39,481 nt of DNA from a virus. Taxonomy: Duplodnaviria; Caudoviricetes. Position 1 is the first letter of the stretch, and each line of letters opens with the position of its first letter. The stretch is taken from positions 1 to 39,481 of IMG/VR virus record IMGVR_UViG_3300032277_000023; one strand, 5' to 3'. The notes under the pieces are model-generated. The model worked only from the letters and a program-made list of their open reading frames with translations, searched no databases and was not told the DNA's origin. Below are positions 9,201-19,427 of the stretch, in pieces. Made by a program: the position numbers and the translations under genes.

Positions 9201-9652
9201 TTCCCGTTGAATGGGCCCTAGAATTCGAACGCCTCGGAATCGCCGAGACCGCCGGCAACAATGACGGGCCCCCGTCCATCCTGTTCATGCGCGGCGAGAA
9301 ACTGGCTTGGTGTGCGGGGTTCGTTTTGACCTGCATTCAGCTAGGGTTGGAGCTAAGCGACGGCGACGTGGACTACTGGCATAACAGGAACGTGGGCGCC
9401 TTCGAAGCGTGGACCCAACGCCAACGAAAATGGTTTCAGGCCGGAGAATCCCCATGCCGCGGCGACGTTGTCTTTTTCGGAGATCGCGGCCTATCCGATA
9501 CCGGGCCGGGCCGACACTGTGGGTTTGTGACTGGGGTTGGTCTCGATGGCGACATCTTGACCGTTGAGGGCAACGTCGGAAATCGCATCCAATCCCGACG
9601 CTATAGCCCCACCGATCGACGTATCACCGGTTATGCGAGGTTTGGACGATGA
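9197..9652 (+). CDS. Endolysin, CHAP-domain amidase/peptidase
   Basis: AWCAGFV (catalytic Cys), GDVVFF, HCGFV (His), TVEGN; 151 aa, no obvious cell-wall-binding domain. Confidence 0.85.
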   Translation: MIPVEWALEFERLGIAETAGNNDGPPSILFMRGEKLAWCAGFVLTCIQLGLELSDGDVDYWHNRNVGAFEAWTQRQRKWFQAGESPCRGDVVFFGDRGLSDTGPGRHCGFVTGVGLDGDILTVEGNVGNRIQSRRYSPTDRRITGYARFGR

Positions 9653-10503
9653 GTACACAGCAAGTGCCGCAAGGCCAGACCGCGACCCTCGTCGCGTATC
9701 CACCAGAACACCTACGCGGGACCGTTAGCGCGGCAACCGTTAGAATCGGCACACCCAACGTCAGCATGCCAGACACCGGCACCGCGGCAACCGTGAGCAC
9801 GTTGGACACGTCCACCGACGCGGCATCATCCCGTGGGTCCCGCACCATTAGCGTAGCAAGCGCAACCGGGGCCACGGCCGGAAGAAAAATCCTGATCGGG
9901 GACCTGGAATCCGAACTAGAATCCATTTCCGGCACCACGTTAACCCTACGGCTCCCCCTGCCGCTTGACGTGGCATCCGGCACCACCGTCAAAGGGCTCG
10001 ATATTTCGATTGCCCTCGACGCCACCGACACGGCCCAGGCGGGAAACGCTCTCGCTATCTGGACCGTCGGCACCGAGGATTGGACCCAGCCATTTGTGGT
10101 GGCGTATCGGTCCGTAGCGTACGGCCTGGACGCCGTGGGCCTCCGCATCCGCTACCCAGTTATCGACCGGCTAAGCGGCCGTGATGCGGACCTCAGCGAC
10201 TCCATCGAAGGGGCCTGGCTCACCGAATTGGAACCTCACCTTCTGGCCAACGAACTGCAGCCGGAAAACATCATTTCATGGGCAGCCATCGACGATTGGC
10301 ACGCTGCCGCCGTGGTCTATCGCACGGCCCTGAATGCCCCTCGGCTAACGCAAGAGGCAGTCGACACCTGGCACACCAATTTGTCCACCGCACGTAGCCG
10401 GGCCCTGGATTCGCGCCGTTTCTGGTACAGCGAGACCGATGAAATCAGCGGGGACCAACCCGACAACCCGGTGGGCCGTTCGCGCCTATCGTTCGAGTTT
10501 TAG
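9649..10503 (+). CDS. Putative head-tail adaptor with N-terminal beta domain
   Basis: 284 aa between head and tail genes; Ser/Thr-rich beta N-half, helical C-half. Confidence 0.5.
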   Translation: MSTQQVPQGQTATLVAYPPEHLRGTVSAATVRIGTPNVSMPDTGTAATVSTLDTSTDAASSRGSRTISVASATGATAGRKILIGDLESELESISGTTLTLRLPLPLDVASGTTVKGLDISIALDATDTAQAGNALAIWTVGTEDWTQPFVVAYRSVAYGLDAVGLRIRYPVIDRLSGRDADLSDSIEGAWLTELEPHLLANELQPENIISWAAIDDWHAAAVVYRTALNAPRLTQEAVDTWHTNLSTARSRALDSRRFWYSETDEISGDQPDNPVGRSRLSFEF

Positions 10504-10504
10504 C

Positions 10505-10996
10505 ATGGCGTCCCAATTCCCCACCGTCCGCCGCAAGATCGTGGACATCGTCACAGCGACCACCGTGGACCACGACACCGCGTTTTCGGGCCGTCTGGGG
10601 TTCCGGGAACTCGGGGATGGCTGGGTTGACGAGGATCATCCGCTCCCCACGTCGCGTTCATTCGTGCTCGAGGCCCAAGGCGGCGCGGTTCAGGACCCGT
10701 CCAGCTTCAAGAACAAGGGCCGGATGCGTATGGTCTGTTCCCTTATGGTGTTCTATGCCGAGGACGTGGCCGACGCCGTTGCCCTCGACGAGGTCATTGG
10801 GTCCGACACCGAAAACCTAGCAGCCCAGCTACTGGACCCCACCAATTGGGACCGAGGAACCACCGGAATCGAGCTCATCGGAGGCCGTGACGGTGGACAT
10901 GAGGCCCTAAAATTTGATATAATCGCGGGCGACGGGGTCCGCGTCCTCGAGTTCGCTTTTGACGTTGTTTATCGTCGTGGCGTCGAAACCAATTAA
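10505..10996 (+). CDS. Putative tail terminator/completion protein
   Basis: ATG at 10505; acidic 163 aa immediately before tail tube, ending in beta strand FAFDVVY. Confidence 0.55.
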   Translation: MASQFPTVRRKIVDIVTATTVDHDTAFSGRLGFRELGDGWVDEDHPLPTSRSFVLEAQGGAVQDPSSFKNKGRMRMVCSLMVFYAEDVADAVALDEVIGSDTENLAAQLLDPTNWDRGTTGIELIGGRDGGHEALKFDIIAGDGVRVLEFAFDVVYRRGVETN

Positions 10997-11013
10997 ACCA
11001 AGGAAAAGGCCCT

Positions 11014-12207
11014 ATGTCAATCACCGACTCCCATCTGCTGCGCTACGCAAAACAAACCACCGGACTCGACCAAAACGTAACGTCCGGCCTCTTGAACCTG
11101 TGCACCGAGGGCACCCCCGAAATTGTGGGCGGCCTTACTCAGGGCAAAAATGACCGTAACCTGGTTTGCGGCGATATGCAATCCACTGTCCGCGTCAACG
11201 GTGCCAAAGGGTCCGCGATCTCGTTCACAACCGAGGCCTACGGATGCTACACGGCCGGCGCATCGGGCGTTGCGGCAGTTTCAGCAGAATCCCTGAAACC
11301 GCTTTTTGAGGCGCTTTTCGGGGCCGCTGAATCCGTGGCAACCGGGGACACCGTGTCCGGCGCCTCGGCCCTTGAACTCACCGTGGCCGGGTCCAACCTG
11401 GCCGACAACGATTATTGCCTGGTGGCCGGCGCCGACTCCGGCGACTGGCAGGCCCGCCAAATCGTATCTGGTGGAGGAACCACCACGCCGGACATCGATC
11501 GCGCGTTGACGAATTCCGGCTCCACCGAGGACCCGGCAACCGGCATCGTGTATGGCGGCGTGACCTACGCACTCGACACCACCAACGCGGACCACGACAC
11601 CCTCATGTTCGATTTCGAGGGCGACACCACGCGACACCGTGTCCGTGGCGTGACCCTCGGCACCCTCACTATCACGATTCCCAGCGACGGCGGGAAAGTG
11701 ACCTGCGCGTGGGCCGGCGAGGGTAACGACTTCGACGCCGACCAGGCGCTTGCAAGCCCATCGTTTAGCGCCGAAAACGACGGTTCGCCTATCGTGGCCC
11801 TGGATTCCCCTGTGTGGATCGGTGCCACGGAATACGCGGTTCGGGACTTGGTTGTCACTATCACCCTTCGCCAGACGCGCCGGACCACCCAGCTCGGAAT
11901 CAACGGTTACCACGGGCACGGTACCGTTGGCGCGGACGTCACGGTTTCCGGTGGGCTGTATCTCGGGTCCGATACCTACGAAGCCGCCAAGGCATTCAAA
12001 GAGACCCTGAATACCAGCCTCTCGACTCAAGATCTCCTGATCCAGGTGGGCCGGGACGCTGGGGCCGCGATGTGCATCCATATCCCCGCTTGTGATTTCA
12101 CGGCCACCCAGACTTCTTTTGATGGCCTGGACGGGCTCCAGATCGAGGGCATGGCCACCCGTACTAGCGACGGCGGATCCCAACCCGTCCGCGTTACCTT
12201 TTTCTAG
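11014..12207 (+). CDS. Major tail (tube) protein
   Basis: 397 aa, AAGGA RBS, beta-rich; precedes the chaperone/frameshift/tape-measure block. Confidence 0.75.
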   Translation: MSITDSHLLRYAKQTTGLDQNVTSGLLNLCTEGTPEIVGGLTQGKNDRNLVCGDMQSTVRVNGAKGSAISFTTEAYGCYTAGASGVAAVSAESLKPLFEALFGAAESVATGDTVSGASALELTVAGSNLADNDYCLVAGADSGDWQARQIVSGGGTTTPDIDRALTNSGSTEDPATGIVYGGVTYALDTTNADHDTLMFDFEGDTTRHRVRGVTLGTLTITIPSDGGKVTCAWAGEGNDFDADQALASPSFSAENDGSPIVALDSPVWIGATEYAVRDLVVTITLRQTRRTTQLGINGYHGHGTVGADVTVSGGLYLGSDTYEAAKAFKETLNTSLSTQDLLIQVGRDAGAAMCIHIPACDFTATQTSFDGLDGLQIEGMATRTSDGGSQPVRVTFF

Positions 12208-12249
12208 GACCCTAGGGCCCCCACTTGGCCCGCATCCCACACGGCCCAC

Positions 12250-12816
12250 ATGTTCGTAATCGCTCCGGGGTTTCAGACCCCATTTATCCCGCTGAATGAG
12301 GCCATGCGCCTCGCACGCGAAAACCAAATCAAGGAACACCAGGCCCGCGCAGAAAAGCGCAAAAAAGCCGGTGCGCCAGCGTCCGACTCCGTAGACTATG
12401 CCCAGGTAGCGGAGGCCCTCGGGGCCGCCAAGGAAGCCGCCGAGGCGGGGGACGACGAAGCAATTTTCGCCGCGTTCGATGCCGTGGCCGATGGGATGAG
12501 GACCGCAAGCCGGGCCCCCGACCCCTTCGAACCCGTGGCCGAGTGGGACGGACTCACCGTGTCTTGTACCTTGCTAAGCCGGGCCGAGTGGTCCGACGGA
12601 TTCGCAGATATCGCGATCGCTGACGATAACGAGGCCCTGAAAAAGCTCCTGGGCCGTTGTGTCCGCGTTGAGGGTTTCGACGTGTCCGGCCAAATGGAAA
12701 ACGGCCCCGAGCTCTGGGAGCACGCCGGAATCCACGGGCATCTGTTCGCGATTGCGCGTCACTTTCAGACGATCACGTTTGAAGAAAAAAAGCTCTATGG
12801 GTCGCCAACGCCGTAG
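12250..12816 (+). CDS. Tail assembly chaperone (gpG-like)
   Basis: Between tail tube and tape measure; ends just after slippery heptamer A_AAA_AAG. Confidence 0.75.
   Translation: MFVIAPGFQTPFIPLNEAMRLARENQIKEHQARAEKRKKAGAPASDSVDYAQVAEALGAAKEAAEAGDDEAIFAAFDAVADGMRTASRAPDPFEPVAEWDGLTVSCTLLSRAEWSDGFADIAIADDNEALKKLLGRCVRVEGFDVSGQMENGPELWEHAGIHGHLFAIARHFQTITFEEKKLYGSPTP
12786..12792 (+). other. Programmed -1 ribosomal frameshift site (A AAA AAG)
   Basis: In-frame GAA GAA AAA AAG; the -1 frame is open from here to the stop at 13133. Confidence 0.8.
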
Positions 12817-13133
12817 ACCTCGGCCCGTATGACTGCGACGTGTGTCCGCAAAAACGGCGCAGGCGTCTAGGGTGCCTAGCCCCGAAACAAGGCGGGCCCC
12901 ACAAATTCGGCGATTTCGAGTGGGACCGGTGCCCAAAAAGGGCCGTGCTCGATAATCCGTGGATCGGTGGCGTCTGGGCCGCGTCGGACCTGGTGACTCT
13001 GGAACACTCGAACCGGGCCCACGACGCGGTTTCCACGGCCAAGGCCGCCGAGGGGTGGCGCCACCGGCAGGAATTCGAGGCCCGAGAACGCGATTCCAAA
13101 GCCAAGGCAGCCGCGGCCAAGGCCCGAAGGTAG
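12792..13133 (+). CDS. Tail assembly chaperone gpGT-like C-terminal extension (frameshift product 12250-13133)
   Basis: -1 frame reads ALWVANAVDLGPYDCDVCPQKRRRRLGC... and ends 6 nt before the tape measure start. Confidence 0.75.
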   Translation, partial: ALWVANAVDLGPYDCDVCPQKRRRRLGCLAPKQGGPHKFGDFEWDRCPKRAVLDNPWIGGVWAASDLVTLEHSNRAHDAVSTAKAAEGWRHRQEFEARERDSKAKAAAAKARR

Positions 13134-13139
13134 GACCCT

Positions 13140-15047
13140 ATGTCAGACGTCGAATTGAAAATCTCACTACAACTGGAGGAATCCAATCGAAAATTGGACG
13201 CCCTGGCCGGGAAATTCGACAAGGCCAACGCTCGTGGCAAAAAGTTCGCGGACGACCAGGCCAAGGCATCCGCCAAAACCGGGAAAAGCCTCGACGGACT
13301 GATCACCAAGGTCGGGGCCCTCGGCGCGGCGTATCTGACAACCGCGGGGGCCGCCAAAGCGTTCGGGATCGCAGCATCGTCCGCGCGTGTTCAAGACAGC
13401 ATCAAGATCCTCGAGGCGTCGGGCGGCAGCATCGCCGAACTCCGAAAGCAAACCAAAGGCTTCGTTACCGACGCCACGCTGGCCAAGAACGCCAACCTTG
13501 CACGCATCATGGGGATCAACGCCGAGGAATTTGGACGCCTGGCGAACATGGCCCGCGCCGCGGCCAAACTTACCGGCGAATCGACTGAGTTCATGTTGGA
13601 CTCCGTTGTCAAAGGCACCGCCCGCGGGTCCAAGTTGCTCCTAGACAACCTGGGTATTTTGGTCGACGTCAAAGGGGCCAACAAAGCCTACGCAAAACAG
13701 CTGGGCCTCAACGTAAAAGCGCTCACGGACGAACAGAAAAAACGCGCGTTCAAGCTGGAAGTCCTCAAAAAAGAAGAGGAAATGGTTAAAAGCGTCACCG
13801 ACGCCGGGGCCACCCAATCCGACATTTATGACCGACTCGAGGTGAGTCTCAGCAACCTGGCCGACACTTTTGGTCAAGCCCTGGGCCCGGCCGTTACGTC
13901 CGTGATTCAGCCTCTTAATGACGTGGCAAACTGGATGCGTGACATCCTAAACCTCAGCAATGAGATGGAGGGCGGGACCGCGATTAGCGGAAAGGCCCAG
14001 GCCCGCGCATTCCAGCTTAAGCGGGCCCAGAATCTCGGCAGCCGGCTCGGGCTCCCCGCCGCCGCCACCTTAGGCCAGCTACGGGCCAAGGCGGGGTCTC
14101 TCAAGGCGGAGGATAACGCGGGGGCCAGCGAGTCCACGATCCGTGGAATCAAGATGCTTCGGGACACCCTCCGGGCTTACGACGCGCTGAACAAAGAAGT
14201 GGGGCAAATGGCCGTGGTCCAGAAACGCGGAAAAAAAGGCCGCCGCGGGCGGGGCAGAGGAGCCGGAAAATCCAGCTTCGTGGAAGATTCAGCCCTGGAC
14301 TTTGGCCGTGCCGAAGACACCGCTATTACCGATGAATTGGCCGCGGCCCGTGCCGAGGAAGCGCGAATTGACGCCGAAGCCGCCGCATACGCCGATGAAC
14401 AACTGAGCATCCAGCGACGGGAAAACCGGGCTATGGAACGTGACCAGGAAATTGGCCTCGAGGCCGGCCGTATGGATGCCAAGCGCGCCGAAATGGAATT
14501 GGAGCGATTCAACCACGAAGAACGCCGGGCCATGAACGATGAGGCCCAGGCGTGGACCATGCACGGCATCAACACCGCGGTCAACCTGGCCCAGTCCGGC
14601 ATCCAAATGTTGGCCGACGAACAAGACCACATCCTGGAACGGCTCGGAATCCAAGCCCTGGCCGAGGTCGGCAACATCCTCGTGGCCGAGGGCACGCGAT
14701 ACGCCGCGGAGGGTGCCGCGCTCCTCATCAAATCAGGCGGAACCGACCCCCGCGGCTACGCTATGGCCGGACTCGCAACCGGGGCCATTGCGGCCGGTGT
14801 CGGCATGGGCGGCGCGGCCGCGTTCGGATCGGCGCATTTCGCACGCATGGACGCCGGGTCCAGCGATTCGGTAGGCTCCAACGCAACCCGCGTGCGCACG
14901 TCGGCATCCCGCGCCACGTCGTCCGGCACCGACTCCGGCTTCAATTTGACGGTGGTTTACAATGGCGTGGGTCCTGGGGCCGACGAACAGGCAAAGGCGT
15001 TCGCTAAACTGGCCGACACCGCCAAACGAAAAGGGTACCTGCCATGA
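13140..15047 (+). CDS. Tape measure protein
   Basis: 635 aa Ala-rich helical protein; GTARGSKLLLDNLGI motif typical of TMPs; canonical position. Confidence 0.85.
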   Translation: MSDVELKISLQLEESNRKLDALAGKFDKANARGKKFADDQAKASAKTGKSLDGLITKVGALGAAYLTTAGAAKAFGIAASSARVQDSIKILEASGGSIAELRKQTKGFVTDATLAKNANLARIMGINAEEFGRLANMARAAAKLTGESTEFMLDSVVKGTARGSKLLLDNLGILVDVKGANKAYAKQLGLNVKALTDEQKKRAFKLEVLKKEEEMVKSVTDAGATQSDIYDRLEVSLSNLADTFGQALGPAVTSVIQPLNDVANWMRDILNLSNEMEGGTAISGKAQARAFQLKRAQNLGSRLGLPAAATLGQLRAKAGSLKAEDNAGASESTIRGIKMLRDTLRAYDALNKEVGQMAVVQKRGKKGRRGRGRGAGKSSFVEDSALDFGRAEDTAITDELAAARAEEARIDAEAAAYADEQLSIQRRENRAMERDQEIGLEAGRMDAKRAEMELERFNHEERRAMNDEAQAWTMHGINTAVNLAQSGIQMLADEQDHILERLGIQALAEVGNILVAEGTRYAAEGAALLIKSGGTDPRGYAMAGLATGAIAAGVGMGGAAAFGSAHFARMDAGSSDSVGSNATRVRTSASRATSSGTDSGFNLTVVYNGVGPGADEQAKAFAKLADTAKRKGYLP

Positions 15048-15847
15048 GTGTGCAAATCCATTTGTTGGTCCCCGAAATCCGCATCGTGGCCGGCGTAAAC
15101 GATACGTTCCAAGTCGACGACGGTGGTGGCAACGATACGTGCACCATCGCGGCCGGGTCTTATTTCATGACCGGTATCGGCGACGCTACGGACCTCCTGG
15201 ACGGGGTAACGGATGCCATCGCGTCCAGCGCGTCGACTGCCGCACTTAGCCCAGCGCTCGAGATCCAGAACACCAGTAACGACGTCAAGGGGGTCAACGC
15301 CCTGTTGGAATTCGGTGGAACCACCGGAATCACATGGGGGACGTTCGACGGCACGGCCCTCGGCCACACTACCAACAAATCCGGGTCCGATAGCTACGAC
15401 TCCGACGCGAATCCTAATGGGTGGTTTCTGCCATCGTTCCCAGCCGAAATCGTGGAAACCCCCGTCCGCGCCGAGGGCACCCAATTCCACACCGTCGGGG
15501 GCCAGACCTACACCCATGACCGTAGCGGCCAGGTGTTTGACGATCTGGTTCTTCAATTCTCGTGGATCGACGAGACCCAGGCCAAGGCATCCGCGAACAC
15601 GACGGACCCACAACGCACCCTGCAACGCTGCTGGGGTCACTGGCGCGATGGCCGCCAAATCCGCGTATACAGCGTGCCCTACAATGAGACCACCGGGGTC
15701 CCAAAGGAACCCACGAACTCCGATTTGGTGGGCACCTACCACCTGGGACCGGGGGACCTTGAATCCCTGCCTCTGACTCGTCGTGGCCCCGAGCTTCCAT
15801 ACTATTCCACTAACCCCCTTCGTTTCCGCCAATACGTGGCAAAGTAG
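15044..15847 (+). CDS. Putative distal tail protein
   Basis: 267 aa, ATGA-coupled directly after TMP. Confidence 0.55.
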   Translation: MSVQIHLLVPEIRIVAGVNDTFQVDDGGGNDTCTIAAGSYFMTGIGDATDLLDGVTDAIASSASTAALSPALEIQNTSNDVKGVNALLEFGGTTGITWGTFDGTALGHTTNKSGSDSYDSDANPNGWFLPSFPAEIVETPVRAEGTQFHTVGGQTYTHDRSGQVFDDLVLQFSWIDETQAKASANTTDPQRTLQRCWGHWRDGRQIRVYSVPYNETTGVPKEPTNSDLVGTYHLGPGDLESLPLTRRGPELPYYSTNPLRFRQYVAK

Positions 15848-15853
15848 GCCCAA

Positions 15854-18061
15854 TTGTCCGCATTCCGTTACGCCGTAACCATCGAGGGAATCCCGGTCGC
15901 ATTTGCAGAGCCCGGATTCCCATCGTCTGAATTGGTGGCGTGGGCGTCCATCCTGCCAACGCTACACGATCTTAGCGAATCCGAAACCACGTTGGACCTG
16001 GGGGCCCGTCGTATGCTCGGGGCCTCGTTCAATTGGAAAGTCCGCGATGACGCGGATCGCGCCGTCCGGGCCCTGGTCAAACCTCGCCAAGACCCGGTCG
16101 CATGGCTCGTGGAATCATCGATCCCAGCAACCGGAACCACCGTGGCCCTAGTCGAGGTGAGCGACGTCAGCAACGTTCCACAACCATTCTATGCCGGAAA
16201 CGAAACCCTGAGCTACTCCGGAACGTCTGGCACCGATCTAACGAGCGTGACGCGGGCCCTGTACGGGTCCACGGCCCAGAAACACTATGGCGCGTCTAAT
16301 GATGGCTCGGCTGTCGAGCTCTACGGGGCCCCTCGGCGATGGACCGGGCGCAAGGTAACCCTGTGGGAATCGGAACGGGATGCGGCCGGAAACTGGGGCG
16401 CCAAGACGTCGATCGGTGTGGCCCGTATGTCGGATGCGCCTGGGTTCGATGGCGCGGACGTGTGGTCTTTTGGGTCCAATAATCTGGCCGAATGGATCGC
16501 GGACCGGCCGTTGGTTCAAGGACTGGAGCCCGTTTTCCCTAAGGACACCGTGCAGCTGGACGCGCTGTCTACCACCGTGACCCTAGACGCGGACTCTGTG
16601 ACGCGGTTGTGGAACGGGGTGTCATTCGACGCGGCCCGCGTTATCTGGAAAATGGATTCAGGGGCCCAGTGGATCCTCCCTATCGAGTCATCGACGTCAA
16701 CCACGTTAACCCTTGACTTCGATAAACTAGACACCCCGATGAATGCGCCGCTTCGTGTTGAGAATTCCGGCCCGTTCGGGTCCCCTATCCCTGTTGCCAA
16801 CACCTACACATGGACCGAGGCCCAACCGGTGCTCTATTGGGAAGGGGATCCCGTCGACATCACGCTAGCGTTGCTGGTGTCTAAGTTGGGGGATTCGTCC
16901 CTAGGCACATGGGACGTGTTACCCGGTCTCGAGGCCGAGGAATTTGGCGGAATCAATTTCCAGGCGGGCGCCGGTATCATCCAAACCGACATCGACACCG
17001 ACGCATTCAAAGCCCTCCGTGGCGGGTCCGGTTGGCGTATCGTCCTCACGGACCGTATGACCGTCAAAGATCTGTTGGCCGAATTCTGCCAAACAACCGG
17101 ATCCTATTGGTATGTCAACGCGGCCGGCCTTCTCACAGTCCAACGGCTAACGGAACGCCTCCCCCCGTCGAGCGCCGCGGCATCCATCACGGACGCCCTG
17201 TGGGGAACGTCAAGCCCGGATAGCCTCGGAGCCACCGAATCCACCGTTTTCCACACGGTCCGATGGTCCGGCAACTGGGACCCGGCCGCCGAGCGCCACC
17301 GTGTCAAATTGACCGTCGTGGATGCCAAGGCTCGACACGAGGCCCCGAACGACGATAAAGCCCTAGAAATATCGACCAAATTCGTGAATTACGATGTCGG
17401 GGACTCGCTGGGGCTTGCGGACCCGTCCGGCTACCGTCCAGCCAATCCCGTTAGCCGCGTGGACCTGGAAACCAGCCTCAGACGAATCCAACAATACAGC
17501 AAGCGTCCCGCGGCCGAATTCGTGGTAGAGGTCCCAGTCACCGACGGAACCAAGGCAGTTAGTCCCGGCGTAGTTGTCGACGTGACGAATTCGCGGATCC
17601 CGGACCTCGAGGGGGCCACCCTAGACACGGACCTCGCCCTGTGTCTGGGGTCCCAACGAAACTACGACGAGGGAACCTATAGCTGGCGCGTCCGGCTATT
17701 GGACAACGGCTATCTGTTTGCCCCGGCCCTAGAAATCACCAACGTGGTCGGGTCCACCGTCACGGTGTCCACCTCGACGCCATACGGAACATCGACCCCG
17801 ACGGCCCAAATCGCTGTGGGCTGGACAATCGAGGACACCGAATCCACGTGGTCCGCAACCGTGGCCACCATCGCATCGGCAGCCGTCTTTACCGTGTCCG
17901 GCGTCACCGGGACCCTGGCAATCGGGGACGTCCTGATCCCCAAAATGGACGGCACCCTAAGCACGGCCACGAACGCGGACGGCTACGCTATGGGCGATTT
18001 TTGTGCTATGGTGTCGGACACCGGGTCCACGCCTAGCGCGGCCCTTACCCGTTGGAGCTAG
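15854..18061 (+). CDS. Putative tail hub / central tail-tip protein
   Basis: 735 aa (TTG start); YWYVNAAGLLTV and VSPGVVVDVT segments typical of hub proteins. Confidence 0.65.
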   Translation: MSAFRYAVTIEGIPVAFAEPGFPSSELVAWASILPTLHDLSESETTLDLGARRMLGASFNWKVRDDADRAVRALVKPRQDPVAWLVESSIPATGTTVALVEVSDVSNVPQPFYAGNETLSYSGTSGTDLTSVTRALYGSTAQKHYGASNDGSAVELYGAPRRWTGRKVTLWESERDAAGNWGAKTSIGVARMSDAPGFDGADVWSFGSNNLAEWIADRPLVQGLEPVFPKDTVQLDALSTTVTLDADSVTRLWNGVSFDAARVIWKMDSGAQWILPIESSTSTTLTLDFDKLDTPMNAPLRVENSGPFGSPIPVANTYTWTEAQPVLYWEGDPVDITLALLVSKLGDSSLGTWDVLPGLEAEEFGGINFQAGAGIIQTDIDTDAFKALRGGSGWRIVLTDRMTVKDLLAEFCQTTGSYWYVNAAGLLTVQRLTERLPPSSAAASITDALWGTSSPDSLGATESTVFHTVRWSGNWDPAAERHRVKLTVVDAKARHEAPNDDKALEISTKFVNYDVGDSLGLADPSGYRPANPVSRVDLETSLRRIQQYSKRPAAEFVVEVPVTDGTKAVSPGVVVDVTNSRIPDLEGATLDTDLALCLGSQRNYDEGTYSWRVRLLDNGYLFAPALEITNVVGSTVTVSTSTPYGTSTPTAQIAVGWTIEDTESTWSATVATIASAAVFTVSGVTGTLAIGDVLIPKMDGTLSTATNADGYAMGDFCAMVSDTGSTPSAALTRWS

Positions 18062-18065
18062 CCCT

Positions 18066-19424
18066 ATGGCCCGCAATGTAAACGTATCATTTTCCGGCGT
18101 CGTGGTGTCCGACGTGGACCCCAACGCCCTAACGCGGACCCGGTGGCTAGATGAATCGGTGGCTGATACGGCCCTGGTTCACGATCTAATCACCGGGGAA
18201 AACACGCCACCAGCAACCCTGGATCACAGCGGACCCGGAAACGGTTGCGTCCTGGGGATACCTGTGGCGAATCAGGCTACCCCCCGATACACATTGTCAG
18301 GGCACCTAGGGAATCGCATCCTCTGGGCGGTGCCTTTTATGCAACCGGCCGGCGAAACCACAATGGGGGCCCGCGTTACGTTTGACGTGGGCTTTCCCAA
18401 CGACACCTTTCTAGAGATCATGGACACATCATGGGCCGTAGTAGCATCCGCACCTCTGATTAGGCTGGGTGTTAGCGGTAGCTTTGAGGCGACGGCCACC
18501 GGGCTAACGGAGAACACCGCCTACTTTGCGCGTATCGCTTCACTGGAAACGTCCCCCACCGGCTACATTGGAAGCTATAATCTTACGGGCATTGCTATGG
18601 GCTATTTCCGCAAGGCACCAGCAACCCGAGCCCTTATTAGGCGACTAACGTCCGACGTTGAGGACTCCACCGAGCTCAGCACCAAGACCGCATCCAGTGC
18701 AACCGTTATTGATTTCGTGGACCTTGACACCGCCGAAACCCAGGACGGCCAGGCGATCTCCGGATACCACACAACCACCCTAGCCCAGAATCAACACGCA
18801 TTGGCTGAGATGTTGACCGGGGCCCCTGCTGGCACCAACTCGAGCCGGACCCTAGCAGCGTCCGCAACCCAGGCAACCCACTACGACCATGGCCGCCTAG
18901 GGTCCGAGTGGGCATCAATGCCCCTGGTTCGTCGGATCCCTCTTTTTGCGTTTGGACTAGGGCTGGCGCCGTACGACGGGGGAAACGGTACTGATGGGGC
19001 TGGGGGTTTTAGTAGCAATAAGAAATGCCCAGGATGGACCGCGGCGGCATCTGTCGGCACCTCCTACCGCAACCTATTGTCCACCACATGTTGGATGCCC
19101 TACCACACACAGAGCACGTTACGGGTCCAAGTGTTGGCCTACAGCCCGGACGGTGCCCTCGGCGGCCTAACCACGCCGGACGTGCAAATCACCGTTATCA
19201 ATGCCAATTCTGGGGCAACGGTGGACACCCAGGCCGCGGGAACCACACCCACCCAGATGGGGTCCACGAATTGGTATTACTGGGACGTAACTGGAATCGA
19301 TTTCGTGCAAGCCGGGGCCAACCGTATCGAAGCCGCATTTAGCATCGCGACGCCGGACGCACCCAAAGTCAATGGCGGAACCCTACGGATCGCAGGATGG
19401 TCCGCATGCCTCGAGGGAGCATAG
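18066..19424 (+). CDS. Minor tail / receptor-binding protein candidate
   Basis: ATG at 18066; 452 aa Thr/Ser/Gly-rich, two internal modules. Confidence 0.6.
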   Translation: MARNVNVSFSGVVVSDVDPNALTRTRWLDESVADTALVHDLITGENTPPATLDHSGPGNGCVLGIPVANQATPRYTLSGHLGNRILWAVPFMQPAGETTMGARVTFDVGFPNDTFLEIMDTSWAVVASAPLIRLGVSGSFEATATGLTENTAYFARIASLETSPTGYIGSYNLTGIAMGYFRKAPATRALIRRLTSDVEDSTELSTKTASSATVIDFVDLDTAETQDGQAISGYHTTTLAQNQHALAEMLTGAPAGTNSSRTLAASATQATHYDHGRLGSEWASMPLVRRIPLFAFGLGLAPYDGGNGTDGAGGFSSNKKCPGWTAAASVGTSYRNLLSTTCWMPYHTQSTLRVQVLAYSPDGALGGLTTPDVQITVINANSGATVDTQAAGTTPTQMGSTNWYYWDVTGIDFVQAGANRIEAAFSIATPDAPKVNGGTLRIAGWSACLEGA

Positions 19425-19427
19425 ACC

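Noticed and set aside
5847-15853. Long antisense ORFs over structural genes (e.g. 5847-6539, 6928-7803, 11281-12339, 14957-15853)
   Set aside because: Expected shadows in high-GC coding DNA; no motifs, and they fully overlap well-supported genes.
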